Positions 9,998 through 22,923 of a stretch of DNA of 64,000 nt are shown one piece after another. The translations under genes and the position numbers were made by a program. The notes beneath the pieces are model-generated. The model was not told where the DNA came from. It made no database searches and was given only the letters and a program-made list of their open reading frames with translations. The stretch covers positions 7,544,778-7,608,777 of the forward strand of contig NC_134030.1 of assembly GCF_964204645.1 (NCBI RefSeq), written 5' to 3'. Each line of letters opens with the position of its first letter. Positions within the stretch are counted from its first letter, which is position 1. The stretch is from Tubulanus polymorphus. Taxonomy: Eukaryota > Animalia > Nemertea.

Positions 9998-12026
9998 ATT
10001 GAAATGATAATACCAGTTATACTATTGTGTTAGTTGGTATAAAATTCTTTTTATTTACACGCTTATCTGTTTCTCAGATGACCCATATAATCATCGTTGT
10101 CTTATCAAATTTGATGTGGTGACGTAGGTAAATGCTTCAGAGGAGAAATGCTCATTTTCATTGTAAAATTTGAGGAAATTAGGCTAGCACAGGTACTTGT
10201 TACATAGAGCATGCCCGCAATATGGACACCTTGCATGCATTTGAGTCATAGCACCAGCTTCAACTAGCGGACACAAAAACATGAAATAGTTCTAAGTTCC
10301 GATGAATAGTCATCTCGCAATTGTTGTGACTGAAAATGAGCATTGTTAAAAAAAAGACTAGAAAGTATCAACAACTAGTACTTGAATTATCATAGGATTG
10401 ATGATTCCTTTAAAATCAGCCTTTGAACTAGAATATTCATTCGTGACTAGAGCCATGTGAATCCGCGTTGAGACAATGAAAAATCTACTGCAAATTGCAT
10501 GAATGCGTGTCTATGCGAACTGGTATTCATCACACAGGTGTCAGTAGCGTAGTGTAGCATAGCGTGGTAGCATAGCTGATGAAAATTGATTGGCGTAAAA
10601 AATTACATTCATATTTCAAATATTCCATCGAAATCGTCGTAATTAAAAATTGTGTAGAATACTGCATCTTACATAGAGCTTCATAATAGTTTATAATCAA
10701 GTTATAGCCTTCGAACCTTATCAAAACGATATATGTTTATATAGTTGTTGACAACCTTTTTTCAGTAGCTCTGAACATATTAAATCTGTTTAGTGCATAT
10801 GCAATTTAAAAACTACCTCTTTGGTGTTGTTTAGTCACATCGGTGGTGTGACTGGGCAAATTACATCGTTTCTGTCACTGCAGCAATTCAGATACTTTTA
10901 ACCATGTCATGTAGCATGTGAAATAACAATTTAATACATAGTTAAACAACTCCATTTAAAAATCTTGATTTTAAGGGCATACACACGTATTCATAAAACT
11001 CTTACTGCTTAAATCCGAACTGGTTAACAATTGAAAGACATATAAAAAACCTTTGGCCCATTTTCTCAACTTCACAGCATAATTCATCAACTCAATCATC
11101 AGCAAATAGTTGGCACAGGACCATAATTATTCAACTTATTACAGATATAATCGATTACTTTTCAAGACAGGTCAAGGGCTTGCTATAGTATGCCTATGCT
11201 TACATCATAATACAGTCAATTGCCAGAAATAAATGTGTAAAGATTGCATGCAAACTTGCATTAGACATGAGAAATAGTTGTACATTAACAAATATTCAGA
11301 CTTATAGCCTATGTCAGTAAAAGCTTGCTTTCATAGGGAGAAGGGGCATGGTTATTGCATGTATGGCGAGGACTTATTCTCATATGGTATAATGCAGGAT
11401 ACATGCCTTTCAAAGAGCTAAAATCCACATCAACACGTGAATCAGTGCATACCACATAAGCATGCCGAGCACAAAGCGGGATGGTTCTGCTTGGCAGCAT
11501 TTACGAAACTACTTACAAAAATTAATTTTCTTAAGCAAACTGCATTTGAGATGTCCCTAAAAATGTTCTTAAGCTAATACGTTCTGCAACCCCAACGCTA
11601 AAAACCTATATGACAACGATATAGAATATCCTCTGATACATCAACGAGGTATAAAGATGACCAATTTTACCCGTTTTGAATTGTTTTCAGCATGTAAAGC
11701 TTCGTATTACTTTCGTACACACATTTTAGAAGTTCTCGCAGCACAAATGCCCTATCGCTTTAGTTTTAAGAAGAAATATCACGCAAATGCAGATACACAA
11801 TGTTCAAAGCTTAAAATACACAATTCTATATATATATAGATATGTACATAGTATGTACATGAATGGTATATTAGTTTATCTCCATGCACACATCATCTTC
11901 ATCGTACGTATTTCCAAATATTCAAGAGGTCGTAATTTTCCAAAAAAATATCTATGTAAATATCCGCTTTTTAATTGTTGTTCGCGTAAATAATATGATA
12001 CATTCCCGCGGCGTTTTTGGTCCATT

Positions 12027-12464
12027 CTAGAATTGTGTGTAACCCTCGGCGCCGCTGAAAATCACATCGATCCAGATACGCATCGCTTCCGGACTCGGCG
12101 CGACGAAAAAGTACGTTCGATCCCACGTTTTTACGCAGAACGTCAATTTCGGGTTGGGACTTTTCACCGTTTTCATGTGATCGACGAACACGTCTTCGAT
12201 CGATTGAAAGTATATTCCGCCTTTCGGCTTCGCTTCGTCTTTGTCGTTGAAATAGACAAGCGTTCGTTTCATGCGGTCGAACAGGAACCAACGTTTGTGC
12301 CACGAACGGAATTTGCCGCCCATTTTGTTCAAGTATCCGCGACACGTCGTCGGCGTGATCGACACGTGCGTGCACAAGTCCAGATTGTGTCCGGCGGATT
12401 CGATGTGCGCTTTCAAATCGAAGCTCGGATCACGTACGGGAAGATACCGCGTCAGAGGACGAGA
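12027..12464 (-). CDS. PHLDB: PHLDB/LL5 terminal exon encoding the PH domain (SRPLTRYLP...GYLNKMGGKFRSWHKRWFLFDR...AMRIWIDVIFSGAEGYTQF*)
   Basis: RPLTRYLP, KRWF.FDR and GAEGYTQF are PHLDB1/2 hallmarks. TTTCAG acceptor, TAG at 12027-12029, 438 nt. Confidence 0.95.
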   Translation of the reverse strand, partial: SRPLTRYLPVRDPSFDLKAHIESAGHNLDLCTHVSITPTTCRGYLNKMGGKFRSWHKRWFLFDRMKRTLVYFNDKDEAKPKGGIYFQSIEDVFVDHMKTVKSPNPKLTFCVKTWDRTYFFVAPSPEAMRIWIDVIFSGAEGYTQF

Positions 12465-12741
12465 CTGAAATAAATGAAGAAATCGATGATTACTAATGAT
12501 GAGTAGATAGATCCAGTTTAAGTCTTTAGCCAGTTTCATACAATTCCCAGAGGCTGATCCACGGGGAACTTATGTGACGTCCATCAAATTTTTTTGATGA
12601 GTGTCTTTTTTCATCATGTCTCTGAAGACAATTGATGCCTTTCAGTGCAAGAGTACACCTGATATCACCTTTTTCAAAATGGAAAACGAACTAATTTTAA
12701 CATAGACAAACTTCACAGAAAAATTATGTTTCATGACAAAC

Positions 12742-12894
12742 CTGTTTGTTTCCTTTTTCAGTCTGTCGTAGTTTAACTTCTTGTTGTATGATTTCCTCTC
12801 GTCGCGCCATCTCGTCCTTGAGCTGTTTCTCTAGTTCTTCCCGCCGATGTTTTTCCGCTTGTAACGCTATAGCATTTGCTTCCTGTCCGTGCAC
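12742..12894 (-). CDS. PHLDB: PHLDB coiled-coil exon VHGQEANAIALQAEKHRREELEKQL...QQEVKLRQTEKGNKQ
   Basis: TTTTAG acceptor, CAG|GTTTGT donor, 153 nt, phase 0/0. Confidence 0.9.
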
Positions 12895-13723
12895 CTAAAA
12901 AATAGCAAATTGAAATTACGTAAGACACTTTGTAACAATCAAAAGTTTCCCACTTGTCTGTCAATAAGCACAGTATGTAATAATCTAGAGAATGCATATT
13001 TTATGACAATTTTACATCTTCCAGTAAAGAAAACTAGCGCAAACCTACTAAAAAACCATACAAATATGACAATCCAAGCTGTATGATGAACATACATGGC
13101 AGTAGTATGAGACCAGTGCAACAGGCAAGCAATCAACCGATTCGCATAGAAAACAATGCATTATGTATGAATTCTCCTGAAACATTTCAATCAATGAACT
13201 CAACAACTACTGTTACATAAATGTTAATGGGGTAACGAACTGTAATGCATGCATATCTAGGTATAAATGGCCTTAAATAGACAGCTGTTGTCTCCACAGT
13301 TGTTATTGTTGAATATATACGTTTATGAAGCATTATTTTGTCTACAATTTGTTGTACGTTTGATAATAGATATAAGCTAAATATCAATCATTTCGTAGAA
13401 TCCCAAAAAGATTTTCAATTGAACGCTGCCAAGTCTGGTATTCTGATAAGAACCAATGGTAGAGCATCAGTGATGCGGATTTGCACAATCCCTATTCCAG
13501 AATTCTGAATACGAGCGTTAAACAGGTGAAACTGGATAATTTTGTACATAAACCCGAGTCCCTCTCTAATAGTCGTCCAACACAGATTTCGAGAGCTCTT
13601 TTAATCAATCTTTTGTCTCCGTGAGAAAAGACAAGATCAAGTTTCAGTCTGTCTCCATCAAATATAGATGAAATTCCGAACCTATAAACGGCGTTTACTG
13701 CTTTTGCTTTCGCACAACCTTAC

Positions 13724-13783
13724 CTTCTTTCTGGCCATTAACCTCGAACGCAATGATTTCCTATTTGGCCAACAACCTGCCAT
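13724..13783 (-). CDS. PHLDB: Candidate internal first exon of a short PHLDB isoform, MAGCWPNRKSLRSRLMARKK
   Basis: In-frame TGA 5 codons upstream of GAAATGG, 20 open codons, AAG|GTAAGG donor; phase 0 fits the exon starting at 12894. Confidence 0.5.
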
Positions 13784-16700
13784 TTCAAGCCTCCTTCAAT
13801 TATTCCGGTGAAATGCACGCTATTTATTAATGCACAATGAAGCAAAATCCGAGCATTCAAACACAGGCTAACTGATCAAATCAACCTCCAGTAAAAGCCG
13901 TGCCATACAATTTCGATCAAAGCACAAATCCACGCACAAAGACTCGATAATATCTCACTAGCCACAATATCTGAAAGTTATGCTTAAGTCCTCTATGAAG
14001 GTACTACAAGACTGACTGACTGTCTGCGTAGTAGTGATCCCTTTAGTTAACTCCCGCCGGTGACAGCTGCAAGTGATCCCACCAATTCCTATAGATCCAT
14101 ATTCGATGAGAGCCAATACCTGGCAGCAACAGGTTTCAAAACTAACCCGTTCCAGGCACTAAATCCGAACTACCCTGATCGAGCCCGCTATCTATAAACT
14201 AGGTTCGAGCACATTCCAATGATCGCTCTCATACCTAATAAAGACTTTTATATCATCTCCTATCTCTTTCCATGTACAATTGAAACTATACCAACCACTT
14301 CTCGGAAGAAGATAAACATTTCCGACCTTTGTTGTTATAAGTCTTCAGAGCTATGTGCACAGGAAACGCGCTAAGATATGTATGTGTGCGTAAGTGTTTA
14401 GTTGACATTCGCTACATAGGATATCCTGATCGATGAAAATTTCTAAATGATTTCAATCACGTCATGAAGTTTAAACAGTTCTCGTCGTGGAGTAAGCCAC
14501 CAAACTAGTTAGAATGTCCAGGCAGTGGATTTTTCAAATTTCAAAAGAATGAATTATAAATCTCTAGCACTTATGGCAATGGATATGAGCTTAATGATTC
14601 CGAATGACATTTCTATACCTTTTATCTACTTATTGCACATATATTCTTATACTGTCACCTCCAACATGAATATATTCCAATTCAACTGAATTCTCAATCG
14701 AATCCCGGTATCAGTATGCATCGCATCTCTTTTATTCTGTACAGAGCATCTTGTATCGTACAAGTATCGTACTGTATTGCCAAATGAACTATCGCTATCC
14801 TCACCGCAAAAGCATTATACTGCGAACACCAGCTCAAAACACCTGCAACTGAGTAAAACTTATACACCACGCCAAACCCAAGGTAACCAAAAGCCAACAC
14901 TCACATAGACTAAATATTTAGATAACCACTTAATTCTAAACTGATCCTATACAGTGTTAAAACCTACGTTCTATGAACACAGCATGGCAAGGCTTAATAA
15001 TGGCACTTTTGGATCCGAGCTAATAGAATTTCTACAGCCGACTATTTCATTATTTTTGCGTTACTCATCCTCCAATGCGCGCAACCCCTCTGGGACAACG
15101 CATTACTGTCAAGTACAATAAAAATATCCGTATCTTTCCGTATTCGGATACTATCGATGTCATTTCATCAAACGGAATGAATCTTACGACAATATATGCA
15201 GATGTCAAAACGTACATCATCTCGATGCAGTTTGGGAATATGAAATTTTCTGAATTAGCAAGCGACGACACGATTGCAACTAAGACAATCAATCTAATGC
15301 AATTTCTTTGTAGGTAATTGGCAAAACCTAACACATTAGCATATTCTTACTACCGCCCAATATCATCTTAATTTTACCATAAAACTTGCTGTTTGAAATC
15401 CTAGCGATCACCAGTTCTGCGCATTGATATAATCTATGCACATAGTTACACCACTAGAATCATCATTGAAGCATTGATTGAAATAAATACTAATTTATAC
15501 CCAAGAGGACAAGGTCATTTCAGTTGGTGACACCTTTGAATTATACCAAGCTGTGCAAAACATCGGTCTCAATTGACAGTATGATTGTTTAGTTTGTATT
15601 GAACTGTGGTCTGCAAAGGTTTGACAAATTAGTGTCACTCAATAATGAGTCATTATTGTGTATTTTGTAATTGTGCTGTTATTTGTTTGCAGTAGTGTAA
15701 AACATAGATATGAGAATACATTCATTATCAGGGCAAATCAATGAATCAGCTATATAACTTTTAGAAAATAGGAAAAAGGTCATATCTACGCTTTTCATTT
15801 GTTTGGACTTTGCTACCAAAAAATATGCATTATGTTATTACAAATAGAAACAAGAAAACTAACTCGAAAAATGACACATATATCGATTAGTATTGTGGAC
15901 AGTAAATGATCTAATATAAATTATATGCAATTAGGGATCAATAAAGTTATTTTGAATATGAATATATCGATCATTGAATTGAATTGACCGGCAACCAGTC
16001 CAGCCCTTATGTATATTGATGACATAATGCACATTTCTTTCAAATATAATTAAAAAAATTTTTCAAAATTACAATAATTTATGAAATATTCAATTACAAA
16101 ATAAACGCCAAAATTCGCAATCATAATTGTTATAATCATAAACACATACTATGTGTCAATGAGTGTAAACATTATTGTAACATTTTTTACGGCGTCAAAA
16201 AACATCCATGGGATCTCTGAATGAAGCATAGTTCAAAATACAAATATATACCAAAAAGTGACCAAAAAATATGAGTTTTTCAACAGTTATATAACAGAAA
16301 TAAACAGTACTGGATGTGTTAACACCCATTTCAATTCACTGATTATCTTAACTTCTGAACTCAAAGATTAAAAGCTAATATCAAGCTAATGCCACGTAGC
16401 GTAATTCCAAATATTCTCAAATCCAACTTTATTGATTATTCAGCATAAACAGGCGTAAAACAAGTGTTTTATGAGAGAAGATGCGCAGAGTCATAAATTC
16501 CTAGACATTTATTAGTTGCGTAATCTAATATATTGTGGTGTGAAGGTGAATGTTAAACCAGATAGTGTGTGTTTTTATCACTTGTTTACATATACAACAC
16601 ACTCCTCAACAGGTGTAGCTTGTTCACCAAAAAAAGCACTAAGATCGTAAAAACTGTTCTTCATTAAGAAAAGCCAAGAATACATAGCTGCATACAGGTA

Positions 16701-17146
16701 TCTGCAACCCAGACTCAACTCTTCAGACATTCGATACTTTATCACCGTTTTGTTCTTCGATCGCCAGGGCTTCACCTGGACTTCAGACATTTTTATTTGC
16801 ATTGATGAAAAGAAAATGGAGTAAAAGCACCAGACATTCGAAATTTTATCACCCCACTTTCATAAAGTGATCGTAAAGACTTTAAGTCACAATAGTGAAT
16901 GTCTGAAGGCAGTGGTTCATCGTTGCGGGTAACCTGTATTTTGGGATTAGAATACAGAACTAAATCGTGCAAAATAAAAAACATCAAGCAAGCTGTGAAT
17001 TTTGCAATAATTCCTGAGGGTTAGAGGTGAAGAGGGCAGCGGTGAAGTGTTCATGTTATACGGTTGTGATACATTACGTATCTTTTTTTGGTTATATAGA
17101 TATGTATGTATATGTATATATATTATATAGTTAGAACTACAGGTAC

Positions 17147-17243
17147 CTGGGTCTCCAATAATTTTAGTTTTTCAGCTTGGGCCTGGGCTATTAAACGTTC
17201 CATTTCCAAAATTTTGTCATGGGGGTCGTCGGAACTACTAATA
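17147..17243 (-). CDS. PHLDB: PHLDB exon ISSSDDPHDKILEMERLIAQAQAEKLKLLETQ
   Basis: TTTCAG acceptor, CAG|GTACCT donor, 97 nt, phase 2/0. EMERL...A.AEK.LL motif of LL5. Confidence 0.9.
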
Positions 17244-17907
17244 CTGAAATAAAGAATAAGAACACAACACAATAGAAAAGTGTGCATGCTATGTTCACGG
17301 GGTAGGGGGTGGTAATTCTTACGGTATACACGTGGGAGGAAAGACACTCAAAGGCTCAAAAGCGCAATAAGCTAAAACTATTAGCATCATCTGGAAAAAT
17401 AGTGAAACTGAATTGTGCGGGACTTATAATGATGGACCAAGATCCGGCGTTGTGACAGAAAATCAGTTATTTCAACTCGTTTGTAAAACTCATGATCACA
17501 AGCGTGGAAATGGATCCTGATTTGCAGTATGAAATACTTAAACTGAATACATTGACATAATAAAAGAAAGTTATAATATGGAAACGACTAAACGACACAG
17601 CAGTTCATTCCCTTTGTTTCATTTGAATCTTTTCTCCCAGGCCATGCTACCGTTTTTTTCTGTAATATGCTATTCTGTTAGTAAGTCTGTAAAATGATCA
17701 TGTTTTTGTTTATTTTTACCTTGCTTTACATCGTTTAGGATCTAGGTTTTGTGCCAATAAAAGGTTATATTCCTAGTGAAGGACTTGAACATGGCTAACT
17801 CAAACATGGCCAACATAAGATGCAGTGAGAAGGATGCAGTAGGTAGAAAAGATTTCGCTCGCAAACGCTGGGAAAGAACTTTTTTCATTAATCGAGTTGA
17901 AAACTAC

Positions 17908-18094
17908 CTCATTTCTTTCTCTGACGGAGTGTCACTGCTACTTGCGATACTCGAATCCTCTGATTCAAGGGAATTAAAGCTTTTACAGTTTGTCTCGCGT
18001 TGCTTGCGTTCTTCCCACTGAGCCCGACCTTCGGTCGCGGCGCGTTGTTTCAACTCGTGGAGACGTTTTTTCTGTTCTTCGATCACAGTATCAC
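17908..18094 (-). CDS. PHLDB: PHLDB exon DTVIEEQKKRLHELKQRAATEGRAQWEERKQRE...SDTPSEKEM
   Basis: TTGCAG acceptor, AG|GTAGTT donor, 187 nt, phase 1/2. Conserved IEEQ..RL.ELKQ.AA.E...QW motif. Confidence 0.92.
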
Positions 18095-18916
18095 CTGCAA
18101 TGAAAGCCAAGTGAACTCATCGAATCTCATTCTACTGATTAAAATCGTCTAAAGATCTCAACAAAATAATTCCAAATTTCCGATAATTGCCTCTTGGTTC
18201 AGTTTTTGATGTCTTTTGAATGATAAATATTTCAAAATCTGTATAGTATAGTTTGAAGTTTTATCAGCAGATGGCCCCTCAGTGGCTCTTGCATCATATT
18301 ATATGGAGTAGGTAATTTTATGGTCGAGTTACGCTATTATTAGTTATTACTGGTTGTTCAACGCTTAAGTAGATCTTGTATTATCCTATTATAACAGTCA
18401 TTGCAACCGAAATATTGCCGGCATCGTAAACATAACACTCATTTGCGCTAACAGGCTATTCTGTGGTGGTAATGAACACTGGTTTCTCAAATAATCTGCC
18501 AGTTTTCCATTTCCAATAAGAGCATATTGCCTATCCGCATCCAGAAGCAATTGGGTGCCTACCCTGATAAAGATGACACTCAAGTAGAGAAACAGCTGAG
18601 GAATTACCGGTACCTCTCCACGGAGACATGACTGGGCTAGGGCAGAATTTTTGGCTGGGGAATGAGAAAAAACAAAAGCAAACAAATTTGAGCAGATTGG
18701 AGCCACGATCACACAAGCGTTTTTGGACCAGAACAACCATTCACATGGGTGCCAAATGGACCCAGGTTAGGTCCGAGTAAAATTTGGCCCATGCCCAACT
18801 ACATAGCGCGAACTCAGGTCTGAACTGGTCATTGCAGCTTTGAGCTCAATTTCATCGAGGACGCCACCACTCTATATATATATATATGGCTCCTGTGTGT
18901 TTGAAATCGGATGTAC

Positions 18917-19085
18917 CTTGTTGTTCAAGGATCAGCAGTCTATTCTTCTCTACTTCTATCATACCCGCCGACATTTTCCTGTCGGGACTCATCGATTCCG
19001 ATCGAATCTTTTCGATCAGTTCCGTGCTGCGATTGTGCGCCGAGTTTTCAGATTTCGCTGGACATTCATCGCACGACTGCTTACT
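18917..19085 (-). CDS. PHLDB: PHLDB exon SKQSCDECPAKS...EVEKNRLLILEQQ(G)
   Basis: TTTTCAG acceptor, G|GTACAT donor, 169 nt, phase 0/1. Confidence 0.88.
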
Positions 19086-21394
19086 CTGAAAAATAAAACG
19101 ACGAAAAAACTCGATTATCGATGGAAGGTCTTATAGGTTATTCGCAGTCATCTCATAGCCGACGGCTACTAACATGACAGTCATCGTAGTGACTGGTGTG
19201 GTCTATACAAAAGTTTGGTAACATCTCAAATTGTTTCCAGGGTTCGAGTACGGTATACAGACGCGATAAATGGATTCTGCGAAAAACATTTCCATTATGC
19301 CACCGATGTGACGAGTTGATAAGATCTACATTTTTTCCGGAGTCGAGCCGCGATGGTATATATTCACAATACAAATCTATCAATCCCGACCAAGCAATTA
19401 CGCGTACGAAAACCAGTGGTCAATGCCGGACGACGTTGCGACGGCACCCGCGGCTAAAATTGCCGGCTTGTACAAACAGGACAGTTAATTTGGCATCTCG
19501 TTTCGCGCTGCGCAGATTCACGAATGTTCGATGACCACCGCTGCGTTGTGGCCAGACGGAATAACATGCGAGATATTGCAAAATCAATTCTTCTAGGCGT
19601 CTTGGAGGTAATATTAGCAAACATTCGCACTTTCGGCATTCAATTTCACAGCATTCCATTCACAACGTGAGAGTCTTGACCGAAACCATGTGCAGATCCA
19701 TACTATCTGTTACAGCATAGAGTAACAATGCTGCATCAGCCCGAAATGCGTATGGCCGCAATTTTGAAAATTTTTCTGGGGAGGATCCAGATTTTTTGTC
19801 AGAAACTTGATCCGCATTGAACAAGATAAAACCACAGTTTACATTCATGAAACATCCAACAAAATTCACATTTTCTTTTCAGGTTCAGAACGATTTTTGT
19901 GGTTCATATTACTAATCATATCCCTGAAAGTTTTACCACCGTGGGAAAGAAGTTTGTCTTTTTCTTTCGATTCTCAGTTGCACAGTCGGATATGTCGTCT
20001 GAATGAACTCCGCGCTAGACAACATTGTGAATCGAAGATCCAATCATCTGGGAATCAAATGTCTTCTCATTCTTGGCACGTTTTCCGTAACAGCAGAGGC
20101 AATTACTATACGCAACATACAGCAGCCGACGCGACAACACTAAACTAGACACAATTATTACGAGCGGCATTCTGTATTCATCACTACGGGTATCAAAAAT
20201 GATTTTCCATCAACAATGACTTCCGACTCTCAACCGGTATCATTGAGACTTAAGATAAGCCAGGGCCAGCAACATCTCGAAAGCGCTATTGTCTGTCACG
20301 AACTGATACATTTTGAGAAGAACGTTTCAATGTTATTCAGTAATCAAGGGCAAAACTTCCACAAGTGTGCACATCAAATCAGTATTATTCAGGCAAACGT
20401 GTAACAAATAAAGAAAGTAGACATTTGATCCCTCTACGTAGACAGGTTTAAAAAGCTTTTCAATAATTTATGTTGATAATTTCTAATTTGGATTAACTTC
20501 AATCAAGCTGGGACAGCTCGAATAACTGATGACCGTCTGTTCTTCCCGCGTGCTTTAAAGCATAAAAGCCTGCAACACGATGCGACGACGAGTTTCTCGA
20601 TCTATTTCTGGTCTTCGAGAAGGAAATCGGATTAAAAACAGTATCTGTGTTCATCATTAGTTGGAGCTTTTAAATTCGAGACGATGATGATGATGATGCA
20701 GCCATTGTTAATGTTCTCCAATACATCAAACGTAAGCTGATTATGTAATCAATTATTATCGTTGAAAACGCGCAGCCAAATGTTTCCAGTTTGCAATAGC
20801 TTTTAAAAAATTCATCTGTACAAGGAATGATTTGATTAGTCTGTTACGACATTCAACCCCTTTTAGATAGATTTTTAATATCACAGCCTAAAAGTTTAAT
20901 ATCGAAGATTCCAGATTAGAGATGATGAATAATCCTGTATGGCAGGTTTATATCTATGAGGAATTTTTTGAATAATCCTCAAAAAGTGTTGAGGTAGTTT
21001 TCAATACGTTTTGTACATATGTTTAACCCTGCAATATCGAGTAAATAAAATGAAGGTGCAGACCCAGGCATGTATTCTGGAAAATATAACAGCGATTGAA
21101 AAACTGACAATTCTACAATAAGATTTCCGTAAAAAGGTGCCCTGTGAAATAAAGCGCCTTCCTAATTCCTGTATACAGAGTCAAATGAGTACTGGATCTA
21201 CTGCTGAAATTAAAGTATATATCAGCAAAAAATTGATATATGAACTATGTGATCAATCCAGGTTACTCTTCAATGGGCTGATCTCAATATGAATATATAC
21301 ATGAACTGTAAAACCTGAACAGCAGTTCCGGGCTTAGATAAGACCATGGACTCTAAAACGAGAGTCCATGATAAGACTAACACCTACACCGTAC

Positions 21395-21625
21395 CTCACA
21401 GTCGGATGAACGTGAACTGCAACTGATCTCGTTGTTATTTTCTAGTTCACACGTCGTGCATAGATTCGATAATTCCCTGATGCGTCGCTCTGTCGACAGC
21501 AAGCGCATTTTTTCGCGACGGAAATCTTCGAGAAGCTTCTGTCGCTTTTTCTCCAGTCCCTCGATATCGAGTTTGGCCTGCGCCAGCATCTCCTTTTGTT
21601 GCTCATCAATTTGTTGTAAGCGGTC
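21395..21625 (-). CDS. PHLDB: PHLDB coiled-coil exon DRLQQIDEQQKEMLAQAKLDIEGLEKKRQKL...SSDCE
   Basis: TTTTAAG acceptor, GAG|GTACGG donor, 231 nt, phase 0/0. Confidence 0.88.
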
Positions 21626-21871
21626 CTTAAAAAAAACTTAGAATGATTAGTATTTTAAACATTCACACAGGTACTATTTGCAAGATGACTATGGTTTGAA
21701 GCAGATACAGATGTACCTGGACCCAGTTATTTCCAAAAGAAAATTCATTCCCTTCACAGTTCATTTTGGATAACTCAACCCAATAATCAAATCTTAGAAA
21801 CAGATTCCTTAGTTTAATTATCTTGGACACGTTATGGCAAGTGAATACTCCTAGTTCAACCAGGGGGCCTC

Positions 21872-21980
21872 CTTTATAGACTGGTATTATCTTTAACCCT
21901 GGGGGTTTAACTCAATTGAAAATTAATTGAGTTAGCCCCCCCCCCCCCGGGTTAGAAGATAATAACAGAAGTCTATAAAA
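21872..21980. repeat. Imperfect palindrome (hairpin-type MITE remnant)
   Basis: TTTATAGACT..TATTATCTTTAACCC.GGGGG.TTAACTCAATT is mirrored by AATTGAGTTAGCCCCC..GGGTTAGAAGATAATA..AGTCTATAAA. Confidence 0.75.
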
Positions 21981-22040
21981 CATAATATTTCCGGAGTAAA
22001 ATAAAAGGTTTCAATGTATCTTTCGTTTCATTTACTGTAC

Positions 22041-22133
22041 CTCTCGAATACGATATCTATCGAGGAGATCACTTTGTTCCTTCAGCAGTTCGGCTGCGAC
22101 TCTTTCGCGGTCTTCCTCAAATCTTGTTTCCAT
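22041..22133 (-). CDS. PHLDB: PHLDB exon METRFEEDRERVAAELLKEQSDLLDRYRIRE
   Basis: 93 nt, phase 0/0, GAG|GTACAG donor. Continues FQQLE as in LL5 (FQQLE.E.R.EE..E). Confidence 0.88.
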
Positions 22134-22494
22134 CTTCGTGAACAAAAAAAGAGTTTTTAATGTCAATTCAGTTCAAATGAGAATATAGCAACACTAGAAA
22201 ATGGCTTTAAAAACAAATAAAATGTAGATGAGTTAAGTTCAAGTTCACAAACTTTTTTGATTTCATAAAGAATTCAGATTTTTTTTTCTAAACCCAATGG
22301 ATAAAAGGCATGCAAGATGAACCCTCTCCCAGTTGAAATCAATATTGCCTTCCGCAGACATTCTTCGCAAGACTATATTCAATTAGTCGGACGAATTGTA
22401 AACACGAGAAAGGAGAAAATAAATATTAGTTCTTATGTTATTTGATCAGCTTAAAACATCGCGCGATGACTTCGGATTGTGAGGAACAAGCACG

Positions 22495-22672
22495 CTTGAA
22501 AGGAAGAGGAAGCAAGAGAATGGGGCGGACATAGGTAGGGAGGTCGGGAGAGGTATGGACGCATGGAGATGGAGAATGGACATAGAAGAAGAGAAGGGAG
22601 ACAAAGATGGAGATAAAAGGGAGAATAGAGAGGGAGAATAGAGAGGAAGAAAGAGAGGATGAAAGAGCAGAC
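22495..22672. repeat. Polypurine (GA-rich) low-complexity tract
   Basis: About 180 nt of mostly G/A on the plus strand; it generates the spurious overlapping ORFs here. Confidence 0.85.
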
Positions 22673-22731
22673 ATAGAACTGAAAATAGATTTCTAGTGGC
22701 ACTCATACTAATACATGATTAGCCAATGTAC

Positions 22732-22923
22732 CTCTAGTTGCTGGAACTCCAGATCATCGAAAATCTTCTTTTGAACTTCTAGTTGTTCTCGCAGCTGCGT
22801 ATACTGATGCGTTAATGCCGGTTCTTCCGATACTTGACAGTTATCTAGTTGAAGATAGACAGTCTGCAGTAATTTGTCCAAGTCGTGCAGTTTCTGTTTC
22901 TCGATTTCGATCTTATCTTGTTC
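22732..22923 (-). CDS. PHLDB: PHLDB exon EQDKIEIEKQKLHDL...QKKIFDDLEFQQLE
   Basis: TCGCAG acceptor, GAG|GTACAT donor, 192 nt. F.DLEFQQLE is an LL5 hallmark. Confidence 0.92.

Noticed and set aside
11971-12473. Overlapping and antisense ORFs over the PH exon (similarly at 7342-8621 and 35255-37448)
   Set aside because: They are shadow frames of real coding exons and have no recognisable motifs.
22438-22706. Three hydrophobic-looking ORFs
   Set aside because: Artefacts of a polypurine/polypyrimidine low-complexity tract.
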